Assembly (NCBI GenBank): GCA_028715905.1
Contig: JAQUQV010000002.1
Coordinates: 15,979-79,978, forward strand
DNA length: 64,000 nt
Direction of reading: 5' to 3'
From: Kiritimatiellia bacterium
GTDB taxonomy: Bacteria; Verrucomicrobiota; Kiritimatiellia; JAAZAB01
Below are positions 1 through 9,410 of this stretch, piece after piece. Both the position numbers and the translations under genes were made by a program. The number at the start of each line of letters is the position of its first letter. Positions within the stretch are counted from its first letter, which is position 1. The notes under the pieces are model-generated. The model did not search any database, was not told the DNA's origin, and saw only the letters and a program-made list of their open reading frames with translations.

Positions 1-1
1 C

Positions 2-316
2 AAAAACGGCGTGATGGGCGCGCTGGAGCCGCGCCGGCGCGCGGCCGGCCACGAGCTGGGCATTGTCATGGAAGCGCTGGCCGGCACGCAGGAGGAAGCC
101 GACATGCTTTGCAGCGTAACGCGCTCAACGCTCCTCCATTACGGTTATCCCGGCCGGATTTCCACGGCCGGCAATCTCGCCCTGCTCTTTTCGCCCTCCG
201 ATATCCGCATGGGCGCAGTCTACGAGTTTGCGGTTTATCACCTTATGAAAATCAAGGACCCGGCCGCTTTCCCGCTGGAGGTGGAAAACATCCGGGACGG
301 AAAGGCGCGTTCATGA
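2..316 (+). CDS. C-terminal fragment of a hypothetical protein; the gene begins upstream of the window
   Basis: The open frame runs from the window edge to the stop at 316. There are no recognisable motifs. Its 3' end overlaps the next start by 4 nt (ATGA). Confidence 0.35.
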   Translation, partial: KNGVMGALEPRRRAAGHELGIVMEALAGTQEEADMLCSVTRSTLLHYGYPGRISTAGNLALLFSPSDIRMGAVYEFAVYHLMKIKDPAAFPLEVENIRDGKARS

Positions 317-630
317 AAAAGAACATCCTGCAGGCCGCGCGCGTCATTCGTTCAAAAAACGCCGGGCCGTTTGAATTGACGCTTGATATCATGTTCAAAA
401 ACAAACATTATTTTGATTTGTTCAGGCGCCGCAGGCTGATTACGGCGCGGAAAATAGCGGCGCTTTACAACGTGCGGCCGCGGGATATTCTCGGCATAAT
501 TTATTTTGAGCCGGCGCGCGCGGTCAAGATAACGCTGCGGCGTTACCTTCCCTCGGGCGCGCCCGGCGACGGTGATATTTACGGCGCCCAGCAGCACGCG
601 CCGCTGCTGGACTTGAATTTTTCACCGTGA
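313..630 (+). CDS. Small hypothetical protein of about 105 aa
   Basis: An internal ATG at 313 in the 109..630 frame; protein-like composition; probably translationally coupled to the upstream gene. Confidence 0.4.
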   Translation: MKKNILQAARVIRSKNAGPFELTLDIMFKNKHYFDLFRRRRLITARKIAALYNVRPRDILGIIYFEPARAVKITLRRYLPSGAPGDGDIYGAQQHAPLLDLNFSP

Positions 631-655
631 ACAGGCGCGGCAGACGCAAGGCGAC

Positions 656-1618
656 ATGCATCCGAAAGACGCAAACACCCAGTCAAGTTTCCGCGCGCAT
701 TACTCGGAAACGCTGATTTACGCCGCCTATTACGCGCCGCGCGGCCGCCAGCGCCTTTACATGGTCGGCGCGGAATTATCGCGGCGTTATCTCAACCCGG
801 CCGACCTTATCATCGGCATCATCGGCGCGGAAGGCTCCGGCAAGTCAACCCTGATCCGCGGCCTGTTCCCGGGGCTGGAACTGACCAACGACGACGACGG
901 CGTCAACATCCGGCCGGCCCGGCTTTACGATTTTACCCCGGATGATTTTTTCGCCCCGCATACCTTCCATATTGACGTGCGTTATGAGGCGGCGTTCAAG
1001 CAGAAATTTGAGATCGCGGAAGCGATCAACCGGGCCGTGGCGCGCGGGCGGCGGGTGATTATTGAACACTTTGACCTGATTTATAAAACGCTCGGCTACA
1101 ACGCCCAGATTATTTTCGGCATCGGTGAGGAGATTATCGTCGCGCGTCCCTCGGTTTTCGGGCCGTTCCCGGCCGGCATAAAAAGCGTGGTGGATAAAAC
1201 CATCAAGTACCGGCTGATGGCGCATTCGGCCGAGGACATCACCACTTATGTCCTGGAACGGGATTACAACTATAAAAACCCCGTCATGCATTCGGACGTC
1301 AAACACGGTTTCGTGATCAATTTCGCCGAGAAGCCGGAGATTGACCCGGCCGAACTGGAGGCCAGGGTGCAAGATATCATCCGCCGGGACGTGCCCATCC
1401 AGGCCTCCGGTGAAAATCATATCCGCATCGGCGAGCATGAAATGGTCTGCACCGGCACACGCACGCACGTCGCCTCGTCGGGCCGGATTGAAAATTTCCG
1501 GCTGCTGCATGAATATAAATATCACCCGATTTTCAAGGAGTATTTGCTGGTCGGCATGGTCGGCCGAAAGGAAACAATCAGCATTGAGGAAATCGCCAAT
1601 GTCGTTGATCAACAATAG
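656..1618 (+). CDS. P-loop NTPase-like hypothetical protein
   Basis: Walker A motif GAEGSGKST near the N-terminus; 320 aa; no further family assignment is possible by eye. Confidence 0.5.
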   Translation: MHPKDANTQSSFRAHYSETLIYAAYYAPRGRQRLYMVGAELSRRYLNPADLIIGIIGAEGSGKSTLIRGLFPGLELTNDDDGVNIRPARLYDFTPDDFFAPHTFHIDVRYEAAFKQKFEIAEAINRAVARGRRVIIEHFDLIYKTLGYNAQIIFGIGEEIIVARPSVFGPFPAGIKSVVDKTIKYRLMAHSAEDITTYVLERDYNYKNPVMHSDVKHGFVINFAEKPEIDPAELEARVQDIIRRDVPIQASGENHIRIGEHEMVCTGTRTHVASSGRIENFRLLHEYKYHPIFKEYLLVGMVGRKETISIEEIANVVDQQ

Positions 1619-3182
1619 TCATCCCGGAAATTACCCGCGTTACCGCCGGCTGGCCTCCGCGCCGGAGCCGCTCCGCGCGGTTGTTAACGAGCCGGTCATC
1701 ACGGTCGGCGCAGACCTGCTCGCCGCCATCACAACGGAGGCGTTCACCGACCTGGCGTATTACCTGAGCGCGGCGCACCTGGAAAAACTGGCCGCCATTC
1801 TCCGCGATCCGGAGTCTTCGCCGGAAGAGCGTTTCGTGGTTTCCTCCCTCATTAAAAACGCCGTGATCGCCGCCGAGGGCGTATTCCCGGTCTGCCAGGA
1901 CACCGGCACGGCCACCGTCGCAGCCTGGAAGGGCGAAGGAATCCGCACCGGCACGGACGACGCAGGCGTAATGAGCGCGGCCATCCGCTCGGTCTGGCAG
2001 AAACATTACCTGCGCCATTCCCAGGTCGCGCCCCTGGCCATGTTTGACGAGCAGAACACCGGCGACAATTTACCGGCGCAGATTGACATCCGCGCCGTGC
2101 CGGGGGAAGAATACAACTTTCTCTTTATTGCCAAGGGAGGCGGATCAGCCAATAAAACCGCCCTGATCCAGGGCTCCAAGGCGCTCCTCAACGAAGTTTC
2201 TTTTGAAAAACTGCTGGACGAAAACATCCGTTCCCTGGGCGTGGCGGCTTGCCCGCCCTATCATCTCGCGGCGGTGGTCGGGGGGACCTCGCCCGAGGAA
2301 AACCTGCGCATGCTCAAGCTGGCGACCGCCGGCTGGCTGGACAATCTGCCGGTCCAGGGGGCGCCGGACGGCAGACCGTTCCGCGTCCCGGCATGGGAAA
2401 AACGCATGATGGCGATAGCTGAAAAAACCGGTTTTGGCGCACAGTTCGGCGGCAAATACCTGGCCATGGAAGCGCGCGTCATCCGCCTGCCGCGCCATGC
2501 CGGATCGTGCCCGATTTCCATCGGCGTCTCCTGCTGCGCGCACCGCAATATCCGCGGGAAAATCACGAAGGACGGCGCATTCCTGGAAGAGCTTGAAAAA
2601 TCTCCGGCGCGTTTTCTGGCCGACTGCCGGGACATGCCGGGCGCGCCGCCCCGCATCAACCTTGACCAGCCCTTCGGGAAAATGCTGGCCGGGCTGAAAA
2701 AGCGCAAGGCGGGCGAACTGGTGCTCCTGGACGGCACGCTGATCGTGGCGCGCGACATGGCGCACGAGCGGTTTCTGCGCGCCCTGCGCGCGGGCCTAGA
2801 ATTGCCGGCTTATCTCAAGGAACACCCCGTCTTTTATGCGGGCCCCTCGCAATCCCCCCCGGGAAAAGTCATCGGCAGCATGGGCCCGACCACCGCCCAG
2901 CGCATGGACGCCTGCGCGCCGGAGCTGATGGCGCACGGGGCCTCCCTGGTCATGCTGGCCAAGGGCAACCGTTCGCCGGCGGTGGCCGCGGCCTGCAAAA
3001 AATTCGGCGGCTGTTACCTGGGAACCATCGGAGGCGCCGCGGCTTTGCTCGCGCAGGAACACGTTACGGAGGCGGAAATCATTGATTTTGCCGAACTCGG
3101 CATGGAGGCCGTGCGCCGCATCAAGGTAAAAAATCTGCCGGCATTTATGATCTTTGACTGCGCGGGCCGCCGCGCTTTTTGA
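1599..3182 (+). CDS. fumA: Class I (Fe-S dependent) fumarate hydratase, single chain with alpha-like and beta-like halves
   Basis: The CQDTGT motif and the overall FumA/FumB / tartrate-dehydratase-like sequence, about 527 aa. I chose the ATG at 1599 rather than the ORF-track start at 1341, which overlaps the upstream gene. Confidence 0.8.
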   Translation: MSLINNSHPGNYPRYRRLASAPEPLRAVVNEPVITVGADLLAAITTEAFTDLAYYLSAAHLEKLAAILRDPESSPEERFVVSSLIKNAVIAAEGVFPVCQDTGTATVAAWKGEGIRTGTDDAGVMSAAIRSVWQKHYLRHSQVAPLAMFDEQNTGDNLPAQIDIRAVPGEEYNFLFIAKGGGSANKTALIQGSKALLNEVSFEKLLDENIRSLGVAACPPYHLAAVVGGTSPEENLRMLKLATAGWLDNLPVQGAPDGRPFRVPAWEKRMMAIAEKTGFGAQFGGKYLAMEARVIRLPRHAGSCPISIGVSCCAHRNIRGKITKDGAFLEELEKSPARFLADCRDMPGAPPRINLDQPFGKMLAGLKKRKAGELVLLDGTLIVARDMAHERFLRALRAGLELPAYLKEHPVFYAGPSQSPPGKVIGSMGPTTAQRMDACAPELMAHGASLVMLAKGNRSPAVAAACKKFGGCYLGTIGGAAALLAQEHVTEAEIIDFAELGMEAVRRIKVKNLPAFMIFDCAGRRAF

Positions 3183-3192
3183 ACGCATAAAA

Positions 3193-3263
3193 CCCGAATA
3201 TTGCGCGAAAATCGTGCAACATTCGCTTTCGCGCAAACGGGGATTGCCCGGCTTGAGCGAAAG
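3193..3263 (+). repeat. About 70-bp conserved intergenic element, copy B; its inverted partner is at 27127..27193
   Basis: cccgaatattgcgcgaaaatcgtgcaacattcgctttcgcgcaaacggggattgcccggcttgagcgaaag is about 85 percent identical to the reverse complement of 27127..27193. It contains a cgctttcgc...gcgaaag stem. Confidence 0.55.
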
Positions 3264-3270
3264 TTTTTTC
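3222..3270 (+). terminator. Rho-independent terminator-like hairpin followed by a T-run, downstream of the fumarase gene; it is part of the repeat element
   Basis: The stem cgctttcgcgc...gcgaaag is followed immediately by ttttttc. Confidence 0.45.
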
Positions 3271-3350
3271 TTGAACATCTCCGCGGCCTGTTATTAAATG
3301 CCGTTTACGACAAATGGCGGCGCGGCCGCCGCAAGAGGAAACATTTTAAT

Positions 3351-4430
3351 ATGAACGCTGAAAACGACGCGACCAGGCCGAACGTCCTTCCGCCGCCCGA
3401 ATCCCGCGAGGAATTCATCTCTATCGGCGACATTGCCCGCATGATCCTGAAACACCGGCGGAAGATTGCCGTTTTTGTGGTCCTTGCCACGGCGATTTCG
3501 GCGGTGTTTTTCTTCCTGTCGCCGCGCCAATACAAGGCGGAAGGCTTCCTGCAGGTGATCCAGGCTTCCTCCGACATAGACGCGAAAATTGACCAGGCCG
3601 CTTTTGAAACAACCATTATTTCCCACCTGCAGACAATCCAGTCGGCTTTTATCGCGGAAGAAGTCGCCGCCGTAATCAGCAAGGGCGATGAGACGCTGAC
3701 CGCGGCCGACCTGAGCCGGATGGTCCGGATATTCCGGCCGGCGAAATCAAGCCTGATCGTGCTGACGGTCTCTTTTTCCTCTCCGGAAAAAGCCGTGGCC
3801 GTGGCAAAAACATGGATCAAACAATACCTGGCGCGCGCGCGGAAAAACAATATCAGCGTGGCGCTGAGCCAGGTGCGCTCCATGTTGAAAACGGCCCAGT
3901 TCAAACTGATGGAGATCCGGGCCAAGGCCGAACAGTTGAAAGCCAACGCCGAGCAGACCCGGCCTTTCGTTGAACTGGCGCGCGGAATTGAAGACAATCA
4001 GCTCTGGCGCGAGCTGAGCGAGAAAACATCCGCCGAAAAACTGGAAGACCTTTCCCGGATTCACATCAAAGGCCAGGAACAGAACTCGGAATACCTGACT
4101 GTGAAAACAATGCTTTACCATGCGGACCAGGCTCTGGCAGCCGCCGTGGCCAATCATGATTTCCTGCTGGACGTTGAAAAATACCTTGAATACAAGGCCC
4201 GCCAGCTTGAAAACCATGCAATTATCCAGGAGCCGCAGATTTCATCCAATGCCATGCAGTTTGCCGACACTATGCTGAAAACGACCGATGTGATTGAAGT
4301 CGGCGAGCCGGCGTTAAAAAGCTCCGAGCGGGGGGCCTTGCGCAAGACGGCCATTGCCTTCTGTATCAGCCTGGTCCTGGCCTCGTTAACCGCCTGTCTG
4401 GCCGAATGGTTCAAGACCTTGAAACTTTGA
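3351..4430 (+). CDS. Polysaccharide chain-length determinant (Wzz/GumC-like) protein
   Basis: N-terminal Wzz-type region (ARMILKHRRKIAVFVVLATAISAVFFFLSPRQYKAEG), a coiled-coil middle and a C-terminal TM helix. The ATG at 3351 is preceded by AAGAGGA. Confidence 0.6.
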   Translation: MNAENDATRPNVLPPPESREEFISIGDIARMILKHRRKIAVFVVLATAISAVFFFLSPRQYKAEGFLQVIQASSDIDAKIDQAAFETTIISHLQTIQSAFIAEEVAAVISKGDETLTAADLSRMVRIFRPAKSSLIVLTVSFSSPEKAVAVAKTWIKQYLARARKNNISVALSQVRSMLKTAQFKLMEIRAKAEQLKANAEQTRPFVELARGIEDNQLWRELSEKTSAEKLEDLSRIHIKGQEQNSEYLTVKTMLYHADQALAAAVANHDFLLDVEKYLEYKARQLENHAIIQEPQISSNAMQFADTMLKTTDVIEVGEPALKSSERGALRKTAIAFCISLVLASLTACLAEWFKTLKL

Positions 4431-4438
4431 TCCGCCGG

Positions 4439-5005
4439 TCAAGGCCTGATTATCCGGCTGATTTTTTTCGCCAGGGCGCGCATGGAAGCGGCGCGCTCAT
4501 CGGCCCGGGTGCCGCCGGCGCGGCCCGCCACCAGCACCGTCCTGCATCCGGCCCGCCGGCCGGCTTCCACGTCCGTTTCCGAGTCGCCGATCATCCATGA
4601 AGCGGCCAGGTCCAGATGATATTTTGCGGCCAAAGCCAGAAGCATGCCCGGCTGCGGCTTGCGGCAGGAACATTCATGAACGTTATGCGGGCAATACGCT
4701 ATCTCAAGCAGTTCCAATCCGTACCGGCTCATGAGCAGGCGGCGCAGGCGCCGGTGGATATCTTCCAGATCGTTTATGCTCATCAGCCCCCTGGCTACGG
4801 CTCTTTGATTGGTGACCAGCGCGGCCTGATAACCCAGTTGCAGAACGGTCCGCAGGCAAACCGGAAATTCGGGGATCAAGCGGAAATCCTTCCAACGCGT
4901 CACATAGCGGCCCGGTCCGGGAGACTTGTTGACAATACCGTCGCGGTCAAAAAAAACGCATTTCCGTCCGGAGGCGGCGGGCACGATCGTTTTTGGCGCA
5001 CTCAT
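4439..5005 (-). CDS. gmhB: D,D-heptose 1,7-bisphosphate phosphatase, HAD superfamily
   Basis: The FFDRDGI HAD motif I and the overall GmhB/histidinol-phosphatase-like sequence, 188 aa. Confidence 0.8.
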   Translation of the reverse strand: MSAPKTIVPAASGRKCVFFDRDGIVNKSPGPGRYVTRWKDFRLIPEFPVCLRTVLQLGYQAALVTNQRAVARGLMSINDLEDIHRRLRRLLMSRYGLELLEIAYCPHNVHECSCRKPQPGMLLALAAKYHLDLAASWMIGDSETDVEAGRRAGCRTVLVAGRAGGTRADERAASMRALAKKISRIIRP

Positions 5006-5108
5006 TGCATCTCTCCAACCCGCGGAACGATTCCATCAGACCGCGAAATTGCGGGAAATTATAACCGCCGGCGGGGAGACTTTCAAACAAGAAAAATTTA
5101 TATTTGAT

Positions 5109-5137
5109 TTGACGGCGGGCGAACAAATTGATATTTT
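5109..5137 (+). promoter_or_regulatory. Sigma70-like promoter for pyrH (TTGACG-N17-TATTTT)
   Basis: Hexamers with 17-bp spacing lie 60 nt upstream of the pyrH ATG. The 5' UTR contains a GCCGCTTCGGCGGC tetraloop hairpin. Confidence 0.4.
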
Positions 5138-5199
5138 GCCGATTAAATGAAGCATTCCGCCGCTTCGGCGGCGGCCATGGAACACCGACTGGCGGCAAT

Positions 5200-5934
5200 A
5201 TGGCTGTAAAAAAACACCGGAAGAGCAGATACAAACGGGTTCTTTTAAAACTGAGCGGCGAAACTATGCAAAACGCCCGGACCGGGCAGAGCATTGATCC
5301 GGGCGTTGTGCGGCGCGTGGCCCAAAGCATTAAAGCCGGCCGGCGCATGGGCGCCCAGATTGCCATTGTCATCGGCGGCGGCAACATTTTCCGGGGCGGC
5401 AACGGCCAGAACCACGGCATTGACCGCAACACCGGCGACTATATGGGCATGCTGTCAACCGTCATCAACGCCCTGGCCCTGCAGGACGCCCTTGAAAAAA
5501 TCGGCATAAACACCCGGGTGCAGACGGCGATTGAAATGAAACAGGTGGCCGAACCTTTCATCCGCCGGCGCGCCATCCGCCATTTGGAAAAAGGGCGGGT
5601 GGTCATTTTCGCGGGCGGCACGGGAAATCCTTATTTCACCACCGACAGCGCCGCCGCGCTGCGGGCCAATGAAATCAAGGCGGATATCCTTCTCAAGGCG
5701 ACCAAGGTTGACGGGGTCTACAACCGGGACCCACTGAAAGACGCATCGGCCCGAAAGTACATGCGGATATCTTTCCACAAAGCCCTGGTGGATACGCTTA
5801 AAATCATGGATTCGGCCGCGTTTTCGCTCTGCATGGAAAACAACATTCCGGTTATTGTGTTTGATTTTTTCAAGGATGAAAACATGCAGCGCGTCCTGGC
5901 CGGCGAACGGGTCGGCACGCTGATTTCCAACTGA
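5200..5934 (+). CDS. pyrH: UMP kinase
   Basis: VLLKLSGE and the GGGNIFRG amino-acid-kinase family motifs; 244 aa. Confidence 0.9.
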   Translation: MAVKKHRKSRYKRVLLKLSGETMQNARTGQSIDPGVVRRVAQSIKAGRRMGAQIAIVIGGGNIFRGGNGQNHGIDRNTGDYMGMLSTVINALALQDALEKIGINTRVQTAIEMKQVAEPFIRRRAIRHLEKGRVVIFAGGTGNPYFTTDSAAALRANEIKADILLKATKVDGVYNRDPLKDASARKYMRISFHKALVDTLKIMDSAAFSLCMENNIPVIVFDFFKDENMQRVLAGERVGTLISN

Positions 5935-5944
5935 GGAACTGGTC

Positions 5945-6508
5945 ATGGAGACTCTTGACGATATTCTTCTGAGCGCCGAAGAACAGATGGAAAAGGCCCT
6001 GGAATTTGTCTTGCAGCAGTTTGCCGGCCTGCGGACCGGCAAGGCTTCGGCCGGCATGGTTGAACATCTGCAGGTTGCTTACTACGGGTCTACGGTGCGT
6101 CTCCGCGAAATAGCCGGCATTGCCACGCCGGACGTGCGTTTGATTGTCATCAACGCCTACGATCCCACCGCTCTGCCCGCCATTGAAAAAGCGATCATCG
6201 CCGCCAACCTGGGGGTTACCCCTTTGAACGACGGCCGCGTGATCAGGGTCCCCATACCGGAATTAAGCGAGGAACGCCGCCGCGAACTCGGTAAAATCGC
6301 CCGGCAAATGACGGAAAAAGGCCGGGTCGCCGTCCGGAGCATCCGCCAGGACGCGAACGAAAAAATCAAGGCGCTCGCCAAGGAAAGCAAAATCACCGAA
6401 GACGAAAAGGACAACGGCTTGAAGGAAATCCAGAATCTGACCGACGGTTACATCAAAAAACTTGACGAAAACCTTGAACGCAAGGAAAAAGAAATGATGA
6501 CCATATAG
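5945..6508 (+). CDS. frr: Ribosome recycling factor
   Basis: Full-length RRF homology (187 aa) in the conserved pyrH-frr arrangement. Confidence 0.95.
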   Translation: METLDDILLSAEEQMEKALEFVLQQFAGLRTGKASAGMVEHLQVAYYGSTVRLREIAGIATPDVRLIVINAYDPTALPAIEKAIIAANLGVTPLNDGRVIRVPIPELSEERRRELGKIARQMTEKGRVAVRSIRQDANEKIKALAKESKITEDEKDNGLKEIQNLTDGYIKKLDENLERKEKEMMTI

Positions 6509-6540
6509 CCTGCGGGTCTTACGTTTATAAGGCGGCAACC

Positions 6541-7419
6541 ATGGATGACAACGCTTCAGACAAGAAAAGGGACGATTCGGAAATTGAATCCCTGAAAAAA
6601 ACGACGCGCATATTCCTTGACGACGCCCTGCTCGCCAAGGCTGCGCCTAAAAAGACAACCACCTCCATCGCCGGCCAGGCCGATGACAAACAATCCACCG
6701 GGCCGATCATGGGCATCCCCACTCACAAGGTGTCGCCGATTCCCCAGACCATCCGCCTGAAACGGCCTTCAACTTCGCCGATTGTCATCAGTCCGCCTGA
6801 TATTACCACCGCCCCGACCGTGGTTAAAACCGCCCGCTCCAAGCCCCCGACCGCGCCGGTCGGCGAAAACGCCACCGTCATCAGGCCGCCGTCCCCGCAA
6901 AGGCCGCTCAAGGAAACATCGCGGATAATACTGGAGCTCGGTCCGCAGGCGGCCGAAAGCCCTAAAAAAACAAGCCCCATTCCCGCCATATCGCCGCTGG
7001 AGCCGACTCCCGGCCCGAAAACCATCCGCCTCAAACGGCCGTCAACCATCATTGCCGAGGCGGCCGGCGAAATGCAGGCGGCCAAAAAGTCCGAAACGGC
7101 AAAAATTGACCTGCCGAAAGAGGCGGAATATCTGACGCCGGCCACCCAGCGTAAAACGATCAAAATAAAGCGGACCGACCGGAACATTATCGCGCGCACC
7201 GTGTCCGTAACCCGCCAGGCGGAGGCCAGGCCGCCAGCGAAAGCCGCCGCGCCCGAAAAAAAACCCGCCCCGGAAATATCCGCCCCCGAGGAACCTCTGC
7301 CGGTCTTTTCAATCCTGGCGGGCCTGACGGCGGTTTGTCTTGTCCTGCTGGCATACCTGCTGACCGCCCAGGCCTTCGGTCCGGAACTTATTTTGCCCGT
7401 TCCTTCGGGTCTGTTTTAA
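6541..7419 (+). CDS. Proline/threonine-rich low-complexity protein with internal TIRLKRPST repeats and a C-terminal TM anchor
   Basis: The repeated motif TIRLKRPST (twice) plus TIKIKRT, a P/T/A-rich composition, and a hydrophobic C-terminal helix FSILAGLTAVCLVLLAYLL. Confidence 0.55.
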   Translation: MDDNASDKKRDDSEIESLKKTTRIFLDDALLAKAAPKKTTTSIAGQADDKQSTGPIMGIPTHKVSPIPQTIRLKRPSTSPIVISPPDITTAPTVVKTARSKPPTAPVGENATVIRPPSPQRPLKETSRIILELGPQAAESPKKTSPIPAISPLEPTPGPKTIRLKRPSTIIAEAAGEMQAAKKSETAKIDLPKEAEYLTPATQRKTIKIKRTDRNIIARTVSVTRQAEARPPAKAAAPEKKPAPEISAPEEPLPVFSILAGLTAVCLVLLAYLLTAQAFGPELILPVPSGLF

Positions 7420-7447
7420 TGCCAACGAAATAATCAAGGGGGATGTC

Positions 7448-7777
7448 ATGAGCAGTGATAACATTATTCATCTGAATGAAAGCAACTGGGAAAGCGAAGT
7501 AACCAATTCCGACATTCCGGTCCTGGTGGATTTCTGGGCCGAATGGTGCGGCCCCTGCCGGATGATCGCGCCCGTGCTGGCGGAGCTGGCGGATGAACTT
7601 GCCGGAAAAATCAAAATCGGCAAGGTCAACGTTGATGAAAGCCAGGGCCTGGCTGAAAAATTTTATGTCCGCTCAATACCCACCCTGCTGGTCCTTAAAA
7701 AAGACGCCGTGCAGGAACAGATGGTGGGGGCCATGCGCAAGGAAGACCTGAAGGCAAAGCTGACCCCCTACCTTTGA
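7448..7777 (+). CDS. trxA: Thioredoxin
   Basis: WCGPC active site; 109 aa. Confidence 0.9.
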   Translation: MSSDNIIHLNESNWESEVTNSDIPVLVDFWAEWCGPCRMIAPVLAELADELAGKIKIGKVNVDESQGLAEKFYVRSIPTLLVLKKDAVQEQMVGAMRKEDLKAKLTPYL

Positions 7778-8811
7778 GCGGACGCGGGCTGCGCCGTGAA
7801 TTTCCGATTATAGACCTGCCGGTAGTAATTCTGGTAGTCCCCGTTGCGCACCCGCTCCCACCAAGTCCGGTTGGCCAGATACCAGTCAACCGTCAAACGC
7901 AGGGCCTGTTCAAAACTGAACGCCGGCCGCCAGCCGAGTTCCGTCTCTATTTTTGCCGTGTCCATCGCGTAACGCCGGTCGTGTCCCGGGCGGTCGTTGA
8001 CGTATTTGATGAGCGTCTCCGGTTTATTCAGCAGTTTCAACAGCAGCCGGATTACCTCCAAATTGGGGACATCGTGCCGGCCGCCGATGTTATAAACCTC
8101 GCCGGGCCGGCCTTTCCGCAGAACCAAGTCAACGCCGCGGCAGTGGTCGCGGACATAAATCCAGTCGCGCACCTGTAAACCGTCGCCATAGACCGGCAGG
8201 GGCTTGTCTTCCATGGCATTGGCGATCATCAGCGGGATCAGTTTTTCCGGAAATTGATACGGCCCGAAATTATTTGAACAGCGGGTGATCACGGCGTTGA
8301 GCCCGTGGGATTTAACCGCGGACCGCACCAGGCAATCCGAGGCGGCCTTGGTGGCCGCGTAGGGATTGTTCGGCTGGAGGGGCGTCTCTTCCGAAAAACG
8401 GCCGCCGTTCTCCAGGCTGCCGTAGACTTCATCGGTGGAAACATGCACAAAGCGCGGCACGGAATACCCGCGGCAGGCGTCCAACAGACGCTGCGTGCCG
8501 GAAACATTGGTTGTAATAAAGGGCTGAACGTCAAGATGTATGCTGCGGTCAACATGAGTTTCGGCGGCAAAATGCACGACCGCATCAAACGCCTGCGCCT
8601 TGAACGCGGCCTGGATATCCTCCGGCGAGGCGATATCGCCCTTGAAGAAACGGTAACGGGAGTCCTTCTCAACCGGCGCCAGATTTTCAAGATTGCCGGC
8701 GTAAGTGAGCGCGTCAAAATTAACGATCTGGATATCGGCATGCTCCTGCAGCATGTAATGAATAAAATTGCTTCCTATAAAACCGGCCCCGCCGGTGACC
8801 AAGATCCTCAT
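7768..8811 (-). CDS. rfbB: dTDP-glucose 4,6-dehydratase
   Basis: The N-terminal MRILVTGGAGFIGS Rossmann motif, the YxxxK short-chain-dehydratase catalytic pair and full-length RmlB homology. I chose the start at MRIL (8811). Confidence 0.85.
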   Translation of the reverse strand: MRILVTGGAGFIGSNFIHYMLQEHADIQIVNFDALTYAGNLENLAPVEKDSRYRFFKGDIASPEDIQAAFKAQAFDAVVHFAAETHVDRSIHLDVQPFITTNVSGTQRLLDACRGYSVPRFVHVSTDEVYGSLENGGRFSEETPLQPNNPYAATKAASDCLVRSAVKSHGLNAVITRCSNNFGPYQFPEKLIPLMIANAMEDKPLPVYGDGLQVRDWIYVRDHCRGVDLVLRKGRPGEVYNIGGRHDVPNLEVIRLLLKLLNKPETLIKYVNDRPGHDRRYAMDTAKIETELGWRPAFSFEQALRLTVDWYLANRTWWERVRNGDYQNYYRQVYNRKFTAQPASAQR

Positions 8812-9275
8812 GGGCATCCCTTTCGCTTGTGTTCGCGGCAAGCCACCCCGGCCTGCCGCAGCAACGCCTTCGCCTGCCGGTTATACTGATACGCTTTCTC
8901 GTAAATCACTTTTTTTATGCCCGCGCTGATAATCATTTTGGCGCATAATAAACAGGGACTTTCCGTGCAATACAATACGGCCCCCCTCAAACCCACGCCG
9001 TAATGGGCGGCCTGGATAATGGCGTTTTCCTCCGCGTGCGCGCAAACGCACTCACCGAGGTTTTCCCCGGACCCGACATTGCTGGCACAACGCGGACAAC
9101 CGCCCTCATAACAGTTGCGGATGCCGCTCGGCGTGCCGTTATATCCGGTTGAAATAATGCGGTGATCCTTGACAATCACCGCCGCCACCTGCCGGCGCAA
9201 ACAGTTGCCGCGGGTCTTGACAACCCGGGCGATGTTCATGAAATAAGTGTCCCAGTCCGGCCGTTCCATATCCAA
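8808..9275 (-). CDS. Deoxycytidylate (dCMP) deaminase, zinc-dependent
   Basis: CMP/dCMP deaminase motifs HAEENA and PCxxC; 155 aa; 4-nt overlap with rfbB. Confidence 0.8.
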   Translation of the reverse strand: MDMERPDWDTYFMNIARVVKTRGNCLRRQVAAVIVKDHRIISTGYNGTPSGIRNCYEGGCPRCASNVGSGENLGECVCAHAEENAIIQAAHYGVGLRGAVLYCTESPCLLCAKMIISAGIKKVIYEKAYQYNRQAKALLRQAGVACREHKRKGCP

Positions 9276-9327
9276 ATGTTTACTACATTCCGGCCCAAAA
9301 TCAACTGAAAACAGGGCAAAAACAATA

Positions 9328-9356
9328 TTGACATGATCCCAAAAATATCATAGTAT
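9328..9356 (+). promoter_or_regulatory. Near-consensus sigma70 promoter (TTGACA-N17-TAGTAT) driving the 9518/10216 cassette
   Basis: An exact TTGACA, a 17-bp spacer and TAGTAT sit in an AT-rich gap, about 160 nt upstream of the 9518 ATG. Confidence 0.55.
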
Positions 9357-9410
9357 TTTTTTATTGCCTGAATTTTGCGCAGAAGTTTAAATAAGACCGG
9401 CGGATCGCCA

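Noticed and set aside
1341-1598. N-terminal extension of the fumarase ORF back to 1341
   Set aside because: It overlaps the upstream P-loop gene in another frame and is Pro/Arg/Ser-rich. An internal ATG at 1599 gives a normal-length class I fumarase.
845-1615. Long antisense ORFs opposite well-supported genes, for example 845..1615 (minus), 2145..2765 (minus), 16475..17413 (plus), 55883..57136 (plus) and 23050..23670 (plus)
   Set aside because: They are typical GC-rich antisense open frames with R/G/A-rich low-complexity translations. Each overlaps a gene with a clear family assignment.
3201-3350. N-terminal extension of the wzz-like ORF (start at 3201)
   Set aside because: The region contains the 70-bp repeat element and a terminator hairpin. 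The ATG at 3351 has an RBS and yields the canonical Wzz N-terminus.
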